Source: a virus. From it: DNA of 32,044 bases. The position numbers and the translations under genes are program-made. Below are positions 1-7,251 of the stretch, piece after piece. The stretch's first letter is position 1; each line of letters begins with the position of its first letter. The notes below the pieces were generated by a model, which was not told the origin of the DNA, ran no database searches, and was given only the letters and a program-made list of their open reading frames with translations. The stretch covers positions 1 to 32,044 of IMG/VR virus record IMGVR_UViG_3300009703_000005. One strand, 5' to 3'.

Positions 1-24
1 CTCTACCAACTGAGCTACCGAGCC
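1..24 (-). repeat. Left att core copy; 5' 24 nt of a tRNA gene that continues leftward out of the window
   Basis: Reverse complement is GGCTCGGTAGCTCAGTTGGTAGAG: a 7-nt acceptor stem, TA, then D-stem GCTC, loop AGTTGGTA and GAG. It is identical to 32021-32044. Confidence 0.8.
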
Positions 25-73
25 TCATATATATTACTTAACTCTTTATATATTAGGAGTTAGGGTTTCAAAA

Positions 74-1513
74 TCACCTTAACTGAATTCTTGCTTCTGA
101 CGGAGAGATTTTGAGCAGATTATCGAAGTATATCGACCCTTTGCTAAGTTCAATCCGAGAAAAAACAAGTGATATGATCTGACGTTTCTGTCCATGATCA
201 AAATCGGTGCGAAAGTTAAAGTTAGCCGCCATTAATTTCAAAGCATCAAAATCGGGTATTTTAATGTTTGCTTGGAAGCTTTCAATTTCGGATTGTATTT
301 CGCTCTCTTCTTTTTTTAACTGTTGGAATCTATCTGATACGTCATCCATCGGTATTGCGCCGGATTCAACGGCAGAAAACAATCGATTCTGCTTCTTCCG
401 AGTATCATTTAGGCGTTTATTTAGTCGCTTAACAGCCGTATTGCCCTGCTTATTTGTCATGCTTTGCTTAAAAGTTTGTTCAATATCCATAATATTATTC
501 ATAATCTTTGCAATTTCAGAAATAACGACCGTATCGATAACGTTAATGCGCCATCCTTTTGTATTTTTGCACGTTTCTCCGTATTGAGATGCTGAGCAGC
601 GGTAATATTTAAGGCGTTTCCCGGTTTTATCCCGGCGACCAGTGAATGTTTTAACCGTCCTTTCGCAGAATCTACATTTAAAGATACCAAGTCCGGTTAA
701 AAGGTGTGTGGCTTTTGTAGAAATTCCTGTGGTGCGGCGCGATCGTTTGGCGTTTAATAATTTATCCGCCATTTCCGGACGTATTATCTGCGGCCATTGG
801 GCTTTGATCACTTTCCCGGAGTAATCGGTGGTTTTGCCGGAATAGAATAACACCTTGTCCTTTTCGGTCATTCTCCTAATTTGTCGCGGTGTAATCTTAA
901 TGCCCTGCTTACCGAGTTCTTTTGACGCGAAATACGGTGACCCATCTATGGATGCATCCAATATAATTCTTACTTCTTCCGCTTCTGATTCATCCACGAC
1001 CAGCTTCTTTTCTTTTTTATCGTAAGAATAACCTTTGGGTGGTGTGCCGCCAAGCCATCCACCTTTCGCTTTTTTCTCTATTCTGCCCTGTTGGCAGCGC
1101 TCTAATATTCGCTTTCGCTCATAATCAGCCATTGATCCAAATAAATTAGCTGTAAAATCATGGTCGATTGAATCATGTGTAAATTCCTGTGTTGGTGTTA
1201 CAATAGTTATCCCGGCATCTTGAAGCTTGCTCCGGATATATAAGGAATCGGAAAGGTTCCGGGATATACGATCCAGCGCAGTAATTAAGACGTGTGTATA
1301 TTCTCCGGATTCAGCATCTTCCAATAAGCGCAGCATTTCCGGTCGAAACGATAGCGATTCTCCAGAGATTCCGCCTTCGTTATAAACACCGGAAATACGA
1401 AAGCCTCGGCTCTTGGCCAGCTGGGTTAATTGTTTGCGCTGGGCGGGTAAGGAAAACTGCCGAGCTTGATCTTCGGTTGATACTCTTAAATAAATGACGC
1501 ATTTTGACATCAA
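74..1513 (-). CDS. Large serine recombinase (phage integrase)
   Basis: N-terminal resolvase domain VIYLRVSTEDQ with catalytic Ser, plus RISR and YERKRILERCQQGR motifs. A central recombinase domain is followed by zinc ribbon CRFCERT...YYRCSASQYGETC and a C-terminal coiled coil. 479 aa, adjacent to att. Confidence 0.9.
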   Translation of the reverse strand: MMSKCVIYLRVSTEDQARQFSLPAQRKQLTQLAKSRGFRISGVYNEGGISGESLSFRPEMLRLLEDAESGEYTHVLITALDRISRNLSDSLYIRSKLQDAGITIVTPTQEFTHDSIDHDFTANLFGSMADYERKRILERCQQGRIEKKAKGGWLGGTPPKGYSYDKKEKKLVVDESEAEEVRIILDASIDGSPYFASKELGKQGIKITPRQIRRMTEKDKVLFYSGKTTDYSGKVIKAQWPQIIRPEMADKLLNAKRSRRTTGISTKATHLLTGLGIFKCRFCERTVKTFTGRRDKTGKRLKYYRCSASQYGETCKNTKGWRINVIDTVVISEIAKIMNNIMDIEQTFKQSMTNKQGNTAVKRLNKRLNDTRKKQNRLFSAVESGAIPMDDVSDRFQQLKKEESEIQSEIESFQANIKIPDFDALKLMAANFNFRTDFDHGQKRQIISLVFSRIELSKGSIYFDNLLKISPSEARIQLR

Positions 1514-1527
1514 GCGATTTAAAAAAC

Positions 1528-1917
1528 TTATTTATGCTCTATAATATATTCTGTTACGGCCTGTGTTAATAAACCCGATCGGCTCAAATGTTGCATTTTA
1601 GCAAATTCATCCGCAGCGTGAATTACATTTTCGGGCATGGTAATATTTATCCGTTTTGTTTTTACGGTTAATTTAGATAAATCAATATCAATCATAGCTA
1701 AAACAGCGTTTGTAAGATCGTGATTCTCAATAGATCGCGGTGTGGGGATTTCTTCTTTATCTAAGATTAAACCTTCCAAGTGCGCTTCGATGGCTTCTTT
1801 CGCCATGTCCATCGCTTCTTCAATGGTCCTACCGGCAGAAAAGCACCCAGGCAGATCGGGAACCGTTACGCCGTAATCCGAATCTGTGTCTTTATGGATG
1901 ATAATTGAATATTTCAT
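1528..1917 (-). CDS. hicB: HicB-family antitoxin with C-terminal RHH DNA-binding domain
   Basis: MKYSIIIHKDTDSDYGVTVPDLPGCFSAGRTIEEAMDMAKEAIEAHLE is the UPF0150/HicB signature. The C-terminus INITMPENVIHAADEFAKMQHLSRSGLLTQAV looks RHH-like. I chose the internal ATG at 1917, preceded by AGGAGA. Confidence 0.85.
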   Translation of the reverse strand: MKYSIIIHKDTDSDYGVTVPDLPGCFSAGRTIEEAMDMAKEAIEAHLEGLILDKEEIPTPRSIENHDLTNAVLAMIDIDLSKLTVKTKRINITMPENVIHAADEFAKMQHLSRSGLLTQAVTEYIIEHK

Positions 1918-1930
1918 TGATATTTCTCCT

Positions 1931-2116
1931 TTATTTTTTCCAGTCCGCTTGCTTTCGTATGCTCTCAAGCGTGCCTTTTGGGAAATCCTTTTTTGGGTGG
2001 GGAACGGTTATCTTTCCCGATTTAATCGGATGCTTAAACTGATGATGTGATCCTTTAACGTGATGCAAAAGCCATCCGTCTTTTTTTAACCTTTTTATAA
2101 TTTCCCGGCTATTCAT
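1931..2116 (-). CDS. hicA: HicA-family mRNA interferase toxin
   Basis: MNSREIIKRLKKDGWLLHHVKGSHHQFKHP...ITVPHPKKDFPKGTLESIRKQA is the canonical HicA pattern. The gene lies directly upstream of hicB. Confidence 0.85.
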   Translation of the reverse strand: MNSREIIKRLKKDGWLLHHVKGSHHQFKHPIKSGKITVPHPKKDFPKGTLESIRKQADWKK

Positions 2117-2125
2117 TATAAGATA

Positions 2126-2146
2126 ATATACACACTATATACACAC
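2126..2146 (-). promoter_or_regulatory. Tandem 10-bp direct repeats (ATATACACAC x2, 11-bp period) just upstream of hicA; candidate promoter/operator
   Basis: The repeats at 2126-2135 and 2137-2146 are identical and lie 10-30 nt upstream of the hicA ATG. They are AT-rich and -10-like. Confidence 0.4.
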
Positions 2147-2162
2147 CACAGAAGAGAATAGT

Positions 2163-2444
2163 TTATTTAAAATTTTCTAAAATTTGGTAGTATTCGTGTT
2201 TTTTTAAGGGGCAATTAATCAAATCGTTAAATTGGCTCAAAGATAGACATAAACTTTTACGGAGAACTTTTATTTTCCCCTTCCCAAAATGTTTATTATG
2301 CGGATTTGGAATTTTAATCTTTGAGATCAAAACGTCATTTAAAAAGATTTTACCTTTCCAATGTCCGGGATTCTTAACAATTATAAAATCGATTTTGTTT
2401 AGTAAGGATTTCCTAATTTCTTTTTCAGTAAAAGCTTTAGCCAT
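2163..2444 (-). CDS. Hypothetical protein, possibly a divergent HicA-like toxin (third gene of a three-gene operon)
   Basis: The layout EKEIRKSL..FIIVKNPGHWKG...KIKIPNPHNKHFGKGKIKVLRKSLCLSLSQFNDLI parallels HicA (GSHH...vPvH..k.l..Gtl..I.kq.gls..eF). Its start overlaps the upstream stop by 8 nt (ATGGCTAA). Confidence 0.35.
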   Translation of the reverse strand: MAKAFTEKEIRKSLLNKIDFIIVKNPGHWKGKIFLNDVLISKIKIPNPHNKHFGKGKIKVLRKSLCLSLSQFNDLINCPLKKHEYYQILENFK

Positions 2445-2886
2445 TTACAGTTTCTATGTGTTCCAAAAAGAATTTTTTCCAAAGTTTTGGTTTCTTCCCT
2501 AATGCTTCATTTGGCATATTGTATAAATCATCGCATAGTTCGGTAATATCGTAATTTATTTCTGACAGCATCGAATAAAAATTATTACCCCAGGCATAAA
2601 TCGCGAGTTCTGGGATTGCGCCAATAAAATCGCCGTCTTCTCTCTCTAAGTTGATTGATATTTCTTTTTTTAGTTTATACTTTTTATCAATTAACGAATG
2701 TATTATAAAGGTCTCTCTGTTGTTTTGTGAATCTAATATTGTGGTTGTAGGCAAAGATGGAATAAATAAAGAGCGGTTGGATGAGCTAATATGGTCATAA
2801 AAGAGTATATGTCCACTGGATATTGAATATTTATTCGTTTTTTGAATCGTTGTAAATGAGCTATTCATCATTGTTTTGAACTTCAC
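2437..2886 (-). CDS. Hypothetical protein with a C-terminal HicB/UPF0150-like segment (second gene of the operon)
   Basis: LEREDGDFIGAIPELAIYAWGNNFYSMLSEINYDITELCDDL resembles the HicB N-domain pattern (eEDGgf.a.vPEL.g....G.t.eEa). The start is probably the internal ATG near 2868, which overlaps the upstream stop. Confidence 0.4.
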   Translation of the reverse strand: MKFKTMMNSSFTTIQKTNKYSISSGHILFYDHISSSNRSLFIPSLPTTTILDSQNNRETFIIHSLIDKKYKLKKEISINLEREDGDFIGAIPELAIYAWGNNFYSMLSEINYDITELCDDLYNMPNEALGKKPKLWKKFFLEHIETVNG

Positions 2887-3193
2887 TAATATTTTGAGCT
2901 TCTTGAACTTTAGTAAGTAACCAATTTCCGATCGATGATGCGGTCGAAATATCCATCACTAATCCACAGACGAATGTCCTTAAAATATGACCATCGACTA
3001 AATCTGTTTTTTTATTTGTGTTTACACCGTCTGTTATTTCTAATGTTTCTTTGGTTGGGATAGGCGGATGCTCTGTATAAACATCTACAAAGATTTTCCC
3101 ATGAGATGAAACGCCCCCCCATAATCCATCGCAATTATGTATTTTGTAGTGTGGCGATTTTTCATAATTTATGGTTACTTTTTTATTCTGCAT
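2861..3193 (-). CDS. Hypothetical protein (first gene of the operon); no family recognised
   Basis: 110-aa ORF, translationally coupled to the next gene. The region looks clearly more AT-rich than the phage backbone. Confidence 0.55.
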   Translation of the reverse strand: MQNKKVTINYEKSPHYKIHNCDGLWGGVSSHGKIFVDVYTEHPPIPTKETLEITDGVNTNKKTDLVDGHILRTFVCGLVMDISTASSIGNWLLTKVQEAQNISEVQNNDE

Positions 3194-3213
3194 TATATTC
3201 CCTTTTAGTTTGT

Positions 3214-3465
3214 TTAAATAAACTGGGCTTCGGCTATATTAAGTGTGAGATTATCTTGAAGTTTGCGCTTTCGTTTATCGGTAAGTCGCTTCATTCGTTT
3301 TTCATTTAAAAACGATGATAGATCCACCACTTCGATTCCTACAATATGATTATCTGCTGAAAAATCAATCACAATATAATCATTAAATTCAACGGTCTTT
3401 ACAACGGGTTTTCCTGTATAAGTCAAATAGGCACAGTCTGCTTTTGGGTCGTATGTAATACTCAT
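3214..3465 (-). CDS. DUF2283-family protein (putative antitoxin)
   Basis: ITYDPKADCAYLTY...IVGIEVVDLS matches the DUF2283 signature. There is a 4-nt ATGA overlap with the upstream DUF4258 gene. Confidence 0.7.
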   Translation of the reverse strand: MSITYDPKADCAYLTYTGKPVVKTVEFNDYIVIDFSADNHIVGIEVVDLSSFLNEKRMKRLTDKRKRKLQDNLTLNIAEAQFI

Positions 3466-3719
3466 TGTTTATCCTTTTTAATAGCGGTCACTAAAATATG
3501 TTTGCCACTTTTCTTTAATTTAACACCAATTTTAATTAATTGTTCTGCGATTTCTTTTTGATAATTTTTTGTATTCCCGGATATATGATCCCATGTAGCA
3601 TCCGGGTTCATATATGTTTCGGCAATATCATCTTCTGTTATTTTACGTTGGATCATTCGTTGCGCGGCATGATCAGTAACGATTAATAATTCTTTTTCCG
3701 ATATTACAATAATATCCAT
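3462..3719 (-). CDS. DUF4258-family protein (putative toxin)
   Basis: TDHAAQRMIQRKITEDDI matches the DUF4258 motif. It is a small protein paired with a DUF2283 partner. Confidence 0.7.
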   Translation of the reverse strand: MDIIVISEKELLIVTDHAAQRMIQRKITEDDIAETYMNPDATWDHISGNTKNYQKEIAEQLIKIGVKLKKSGKHILVTAIKKDKQ

Positions 3720-3729
3720 CCCTTAAAGT

Positions 3730-4098
3730 TTACCCGTCTTCCAAGCCTTTGAGCATCCTTAAAACCGTGGGATGAAACTTTCGATTAATTCGACCAAGAC
3801 TCGCATCAATCTTAGACCGTTCAGTCTCAATCGCTTGAGATAAACCCTTTGTTTCGCCACCAATATACATCTCCCCTTCGCCCGTTAGGAGCCAATGGAG
3901 ATTAATACCGTAAACTGAAAGATTTTTCAGTTTGTCGGCGTTTGCGTCTTTACCTTGCTCCCAATTAATATAAGTTCTCTCGGTTACGCCCATCGTCTCG
4001 GCAAAATCAGCTTGACGTTTACCGATGCTTTCTCTGCATCTTTTCAACCTACCTGAAATATTATTCATGTTATTTCTTGCACATGAAAGATTTTTCAT
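3730..4098 (-). CDS. XRE/CI-type helix-turn-helix transcriptional regulator heading the minus-strand lysogeny operon
   Basis: LKRCRESIGKRQADFAETMGVTERTYINWEQGK...INLHWLLTGEGEMY is a typical XRE HTH with the LLTGEG tail. The start may be the internal MNNISGR. Confidence 0.8.
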   Translation of the reverse strand: MKNLSCARNNMNNISGRLKRCRESIGKRQADFAETMGVTERTYINWEQGKDANADKLKNLSVYGINLHWLLTGEGEMYIGGETKGLSQAIETERSKIDASLGRINRKFHPTVLRMLKGLEDG

Positions 4099-4147
4099 AT
4101 AATATCACTACCGTATTTAAAACAGTTTGCAAAGGGTTCATGTTCAC

Positions 4148-4396
4148 ATGAGTAAAATAAGAAAAGAAAACACATTTAAAAAGTATAATTACAAATCGGC
4201 TGCCATAAACCGAACGGTGCATGGTATGGCTTCTCGGTATTGCCAGCAACAGGGCGTTTGGATTTCCCGATATATTGAGAAACTAATTATTGACGATTTA
4301 ACCATGAAAGAGATTCGCGGGGAATATATAAAAAACGGCATTAAGCGATCGCCCACTGACAGGGTTCCGGCGGAGGTATCTCGGGATGATAAATAA
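4148..4396 (+). CDS. Small protein, possibly a ribbon-helix-helix (Arc/CopG-like) regulator, divergent from the XRE gene
   Basis: KKYNYKSAAINRTVHGMASRYCQQQGVWISRYIEKLIIDDL has a strand-helix-helix pattern. I chose the ATG at 4148; the track ORF starts at a TTG at 4127. Confidence 0.35.
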   Translation: MSKIRKENTFKKYNYKSAAINRTVHGMASRYCQQQGVWISRYIEKLIIDDLTMKEIRGEYIKNGIKRSPTDRVPAEVSRDDK

Positions 4397-4495
4397 GATA
4401 ATATCTCTCTACTTGATCAACGAGCCATTGCCAAGAGTCTATTTCAAGGGGAGTCATCATGTTTAAATCTGCTTTAGAACGGTTGGAATCAGTCA

Positions 4496-4696
4496 TTATT
4501 GATCATCCTTATTCGCCGGGTGTTGAGATAAAAGATCGTGCTTTAAAAGGGGGAGAATCTTCTCTCTGTCTTTCTGATACATCTCAAGAGCGTCATCAAA
4601 AGAAATGTCCTTGCCCGTCTGTAACGCTATCAATCGTAATAAATAAATGTTCGAGAGTGTCGTGTTGAGCAAGTTAAATAAATCGGTATCATTCAT
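4496..4696 (-). CDS. Hypothetical protein downstream of the CI-like gene
   Basis: 66-aa ORF beginning 9 nt after the stop of 4706-5110, with a GGAGAA RBS. I prefer it to the overlapping plus-strand ORF 4459-4668. Confidence 0.45.
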   Translation of the reverse strand: MNDTDLFNLLNTTLSNIYLLRLIALQTGKDISFDDALEMYQKDREKILPLLKHDLLSQHPANKDDQ

Positions 4697-4705
4697 ATTT
4701 TCTCC

Positions 4706-5110
4706 TTATTCCGGTGGGCGTGTCCATGATTCCAATGCTTGTTTGAGTTCGGACAATTCCGCTTCGAGAGCAGAGATCCGCCGTCCGTTATCTCGGATGG
4801 CTTTAGCCGCCCCAGCATCACGAATGACATACGAACCGGGCGCAGGATGTTTGGCGGGAACAAATTCTATTTCTGTCCGATCTTCATTAAAAATAACGTC
4901 CATTTTCAAAGCACGGGCAATGGCATGGATATTGGATTCTCTAATAGGATGCTTTTTTTCTTTCCAATTCCAAATGGTAACGCGACCCACACCAACCTTA
5001 CGCGCCCAAAGGGAATTTGACCAATCTTTGCTTTTTAATTGTTCACTAATTAAGTCCATTGTCGGCTTCATTAAACGTTCTCCATTCTCAAATATTAAAC
5101 TATTAAACAT
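4706..5110 (-). CDS. CI-like HTH repressor candidate
   Basis: WARKVGVGRVTIWNWKEKKHPIRESNIHAIARALKMDV forms an HTH. The C-terminus AIRDNGRRISALEAELSELKQALE looks like a coiled coil. The gene is divergent from the cro-like early operon. Confidence 0.7.
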   Translation of the reverse strand: MFNSLIFENGERLMKPTMDLISEQLKSKDWSNSLWARKVGVGRVTIWNWKEKKHPIRESNIHAIARALKMDVIFNEDRTEIEFVPAKHPAPGSYVIRDAGAAKAIRDNGRRISALEAELSELKQALESWTRPPE

Positions 5111-5162
5111 ATATGGGTTTAATAATAACTTGACAGGGATATAATAACATGTTTAATATAAC
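5111..5162. promoter_or_regulatory. Divergent CI/Cro-type switch region with repeated operator-like motifs
   Basis: A 38-bp intergenic gap separates the divergent HTH genes. GTTTAATAATAAC (5117-5129) and GTTTAATATAAC (5151-5162) flank TTGACA (5130-5135). ATAATAAC occurs twice (5122-5129, 5141-5148). Confidence 0.45.
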
Positions 5163-5364
5163 CCAAGATATGATTAATAAAATAAATATTAAACGAGTGG
5201 CTAAACGAGAAGGCCGAACATTTGTATGGATTGCCAAACAGCTTGGGGTTACACCAATTACGGTGACGTATTGGGCGACTGGCAAGCGGAGAGTGAGTAA
5301 GATACATCTTCACGCCCTGGCAAACCTTCTTAATGTTCCTATCGAAGATTTTTTTGAAGAATAA
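5149..5364 (+). CDS. Cro-like XRE HTH protein
   Basis: VAKREGRTFVWIAKQLGVTPITVTYWATGKRRVSKIHLHALANLLNVPIEDFF. It is the first gene of the plus-strand early operon. Confidence 0.75.
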   Translation: MFNITQDMINKINIKRVAKREGRTFVWIAKQLGVTPITVTYWATGKRRVSKIHLHALANLLNVPIEDFFEE

Positions 5365-5366
5365 AT

Positions 5367-5588
5367 ATGGTTGCAATGATACTAAACAAACAACAGATTG
5401 GTAAGATTTTAAGGGAATCGGGTTATCGCCGAGCATGGCTGGCGGAACGAATTGGTATATCACAATTTAGTTTTAGTATGTATGTCAATGGTCATCGTCC
5501 TATGCCTAAATCGGTCATGATTGCCCTGGCGTATGTTTTAGATATCCCGGAAGAAAAAATAACGGAGTGTGGTCATGACAGAATTTAA
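5367..5588 (+). CDS. Second XRE-family HTH protein
   Basis: LRESGYRRAWLAERIGISQFSFSMYVNGHRPMPKSVMIALAYVLDIP. Confidence 0.7.
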   Translation: MVAMILNKQQIGKILRESGYRRAWLAERIGISQFSFSMYVNGHRPMPKSVMIALAYVLDIPEEKITECGHDRI

Positions 5589-6075
5589 AAAATTAAGGAC
5601 CATACAAAAGAAGCGGAGCCGTTACGCATCGTCGCGACGGCATACGCCAAAGTATTCGGGTCATTTGTGGGGTATGATATACGGCGATCATTTAATTAGC
5701 ACGGCGGAAATCGCTGAAATAGTTGGATTAAACCCAAAGACGATTAATAACTGGTGTGAAGAGCGTGGCAATCCAAACTTACGTCATTTGCGCTTATTAT
5801 ATGAAGAAACCGGCTTGAGTGAATTTATTGAATATTTTTTCAATTTTCCCGATTCGGAACACATGATAATTGAAAAACCGAGTGGGGATATAGATACACG
5901 AGATTTATTGTTACAACAAATTGATATTGGTGAAGCATACGGAGATTTTATGTCCGAAATAAAATGTGCCGTATCTGACGGAAAAATCACATCCAGCGAA
6001 AAACGGAGTCTTATGGATAATCTTAAAATTATCCAACGTGAAGCGGCCGAATTAATCGAACATTTAAAGGAATAA
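5575..6075 (+). CDS. CII-like (CP76-type) phage regulatory protein candidate
   Basis: Central HTH ISTAEIAEIVGLNPKTINNWC. The C-terminal IDIGEAYGDFMSEIKCAVSDGKITSSEKRSLMDNLKIIQREAAELIEHL resembles the CII/CP76 family tail. The ATG at 5575 has a GGAG RBS. Confidence 0.4.
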   Translation: MTEFKKLRTIQKKRSRYASSRRHTPKYSGHLWGMIYGDHLISTAEIAEIVGLNPKTINNWCEERGNPNLRHLRLLYEETGLSEFIEYFFNFPDSEHMIIEKPSGDIDTRDLLLQQIDIGEAYGDFMSEIKCAVSDGKITSSEKRSLMDNLKIIQREAAELIEHLKE

Positions 6076-6377
6076 TGATGTTACCCTACTCCAAATGTCC
6101 AAAGACCATAGATCTAAATTTCCCATCAAAAACCCCACGTAATCCACTCGATCGTTTACCTTATAAGCGTGGGGATAATTTAAAGCAGGAAATCAATCAT
6201 CCATCCGCTGAAACAAATAAACGGGGCGAAAAACCGTGTATTTTGGAAAATAGACAATTCACGGCGGATGGATGCGAACACCACCATATTCGTTTTATTG
6301 AATCATTAAAAAACAAGCAAATCCAAGCGAGCTTAATCTGCGACGATTGTCATCAAGATAGAACAAGGGAGATTTAA
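6075..6377 (+). CDS. Hypothetical Cys/His-rich protein (weak HNH-like pattern)
   Basis: DGCEHHHIRFIESLKNKQIQASLICDDCHQ. TAATG overlaps occur at both ends of the gene. Confidence 0.35.
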   Translation: MMLPYSKCPKTIDLNFPSKTPRNPLDRLPYKRGDNLKQEINHPSAETNKRGEKPCILENRQFTADGCEHHHIRFIESLKNKQIQASLICDDCHQDRTREI

Positions 6378-6478
6378 TGTATTTCTTAGAATGTATTAAC
6401 GCTTATTTTGAAAAGTTTATTTCTGTGCTGGTGGTTGTGTTAATCGTCGAAACCATTATTGAATTTATTTTATTTTAG
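6377..6478 (+). CDS. 33-aa hydrophobic peptide (not in the ORF track)
   Basis: My translation is MYFLECINAYFEKFISVLVVVLIVETIIEFILF. Its ATG overlaps the upstream TAA (TAATG). Confidence 0.3.
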   Translation: MYFLECINAYFEKFISVLVVVLIVETIIEFILF

Positions 6479-6485
6479 GCTTCCA

Positions 6486-6704
6486 ATGACCCATCAGCAA
6501 AGATTAGATAAACTGCATCAAATATACTTTGAAGCATTAGTTAAAAAACTTGATGGCGCTGCTGGGTCTCCAAGAAACGCCTCCTTTGTTCCCTCGAATG
6601 ATAGCGGCGTCATCAGAAACGTCAGTAAAACAAAAAGCGGAACGCTGGGAGGCGCTCCGCTTGATGAGAATAGCAACCTCCCACGAAATAAGGAGAATAA
6701 CTGA
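6486..6704 (+). CDS. Hypothetical protein
   Basis: The ORF ends 1 nt before the Gp157 start. Start MTHQQRLDKLHQIYFEALVKKL. Its C-terminal half is low-complexity. Confidence 0.35.
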   Translation: MTHQQRLDKLHQIYFEALVKKLDGAAGSPRNASFVPSNDSGVIRNVSKTKSGTLGGAPLDENSNLPRNKENN

Positions 6705-6705
6705 A

Positions 6706-7242
6706 ATGAAAATAACCATGATAGAAGAATCAAAACAAGCGAAAAATAAGCCGGGCTTGCCGTCGCTTTATACGATCAGTCACGAATACCAATCCGCCTT
6801 AACGGATTTAGTCGGGTTGGATGATGAAGCTGTAACGGATACTTTGGATGCGCTAAAGGGAACCTTAGAGATCAAAGCGACAAACGTGGCGGCTTTTATT
6901 GGATCGTTGGATTCACTTGCCGGCAACATGAAAGAAGCTGAAAAACGGATGAAAGTTCGTCGCAGTAATCTTGAAAAGAAAGCGAAAAAACTCCGAGAGT
7001 ATATTAAGGAAAATATGGAGTTGGTTGGGCTTTCTAAAATTGAAGCGGTGGAGTTTCAATTGGCTATAAAAAACAATCCGCCAAAAATAGAGATTACATC
7101 CGAAAATATGATTCCGGATGAATTTCTAAAGGTTAAAGTATCAGAAACAATTGATAGAGTTGCGCTTAAGACGGCATTAAAAAATGGGGATGATATTCCG
7201 GGCGCAAAATTAACAACATCCACTCGTTTGGATATTAAATAG
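6706..7242 (+). CDS. Siphovirus Gp157-family protein
   Basis: LYTISHEYQSALTDLV...EAVTDTLDALKGTLEIKATNVAAFI...AEKRMKVRRSNLEKKAKKLREYI fits the family pattern. I chose the in-frame ATG at 6706, after AGGAGAATAA, over the track start at 6550. Confidence 0.6.
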   Translation: MKITMIEESKQAKNKPGLPSLYTISHEYQSALTDLVGLDDEAVTDTLDALKGTLEIKATNVAAFIGSLDSLAGNMKEAEKRMKVRRSNLEKKAKKLREYIKENMELVGLSKIEAVEFQLAIKNNPPKIEITSENMIPDEFLKVKVSETIDRVALKTALKNGDDIPGAKLTTSTRLDIK

Positions 7243-7251
7243 GAGAATAGA

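Noticed and set aside
207-1497. Plus-strand ORFs inside the integrase gene (207-587, 642-824, 1294-1497) and the minus-strand ORF 499-690
   Set aside because: They lie entirely within the strongly supported 479-aa serine recombinase gene, have no recognisable motifs and have low-complexity composition. I read them as shadow ORFs. The same reasoning applies to:
- 7056-7457, 7874-8138 and 8306-8530
- 9978-10189 and 11370-11564
- 13633-13941, 14876-15058, 15652-15882 and 15866-16177
- 17210-17541, 17915-18106 and 18175-18447
- 19543-19867 and 20590-20910
- 21958-22308 and 24097-24300
- 24578-24769 and 25284-26002
- 26495-26980, 27014-27250 and 28154-28666
- 29006-29346, 29841-30044 and 30450-30777
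4459-5144. Plus-strand ORFs 4459-4668, 4647-5144 and 4739-5020
   Set aside because: They lie antisense to the CI-like HTH gene and its downstream partner. They have no motifs and are Ser/Arg-rich, which is typical of an antisense frame.
5130-5145. TTGACA (5130-5135) plus TATAAT (5140-5145) as a sigma70 promoter for the cro-like gene
   Set aside because: The two hexamers are only 4 nt apart instead of about 17. TATAAT also ends 3 nt before the ATG. They cannot act together as a standard promoter, so I report the region only as an operator/promoter-containing switch.
5119-5463. 114-aa minus-strand ORF spanning the switch region (also 5103-5285)
   Set aside because: It overlaps two well-supported plus-strand HTH genes and the intergenic switch. 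It has no motifs.
6550-6705. The long N-terminal extension of the Gp157 ORF in the track (start at 6550)
   Set aside because: The extension is low-complexity and overlaps ORF 6486-6704. An in-frame ATG at 6706 has a good AGGAGAATAA RBS and gives a typical Gp157 length.
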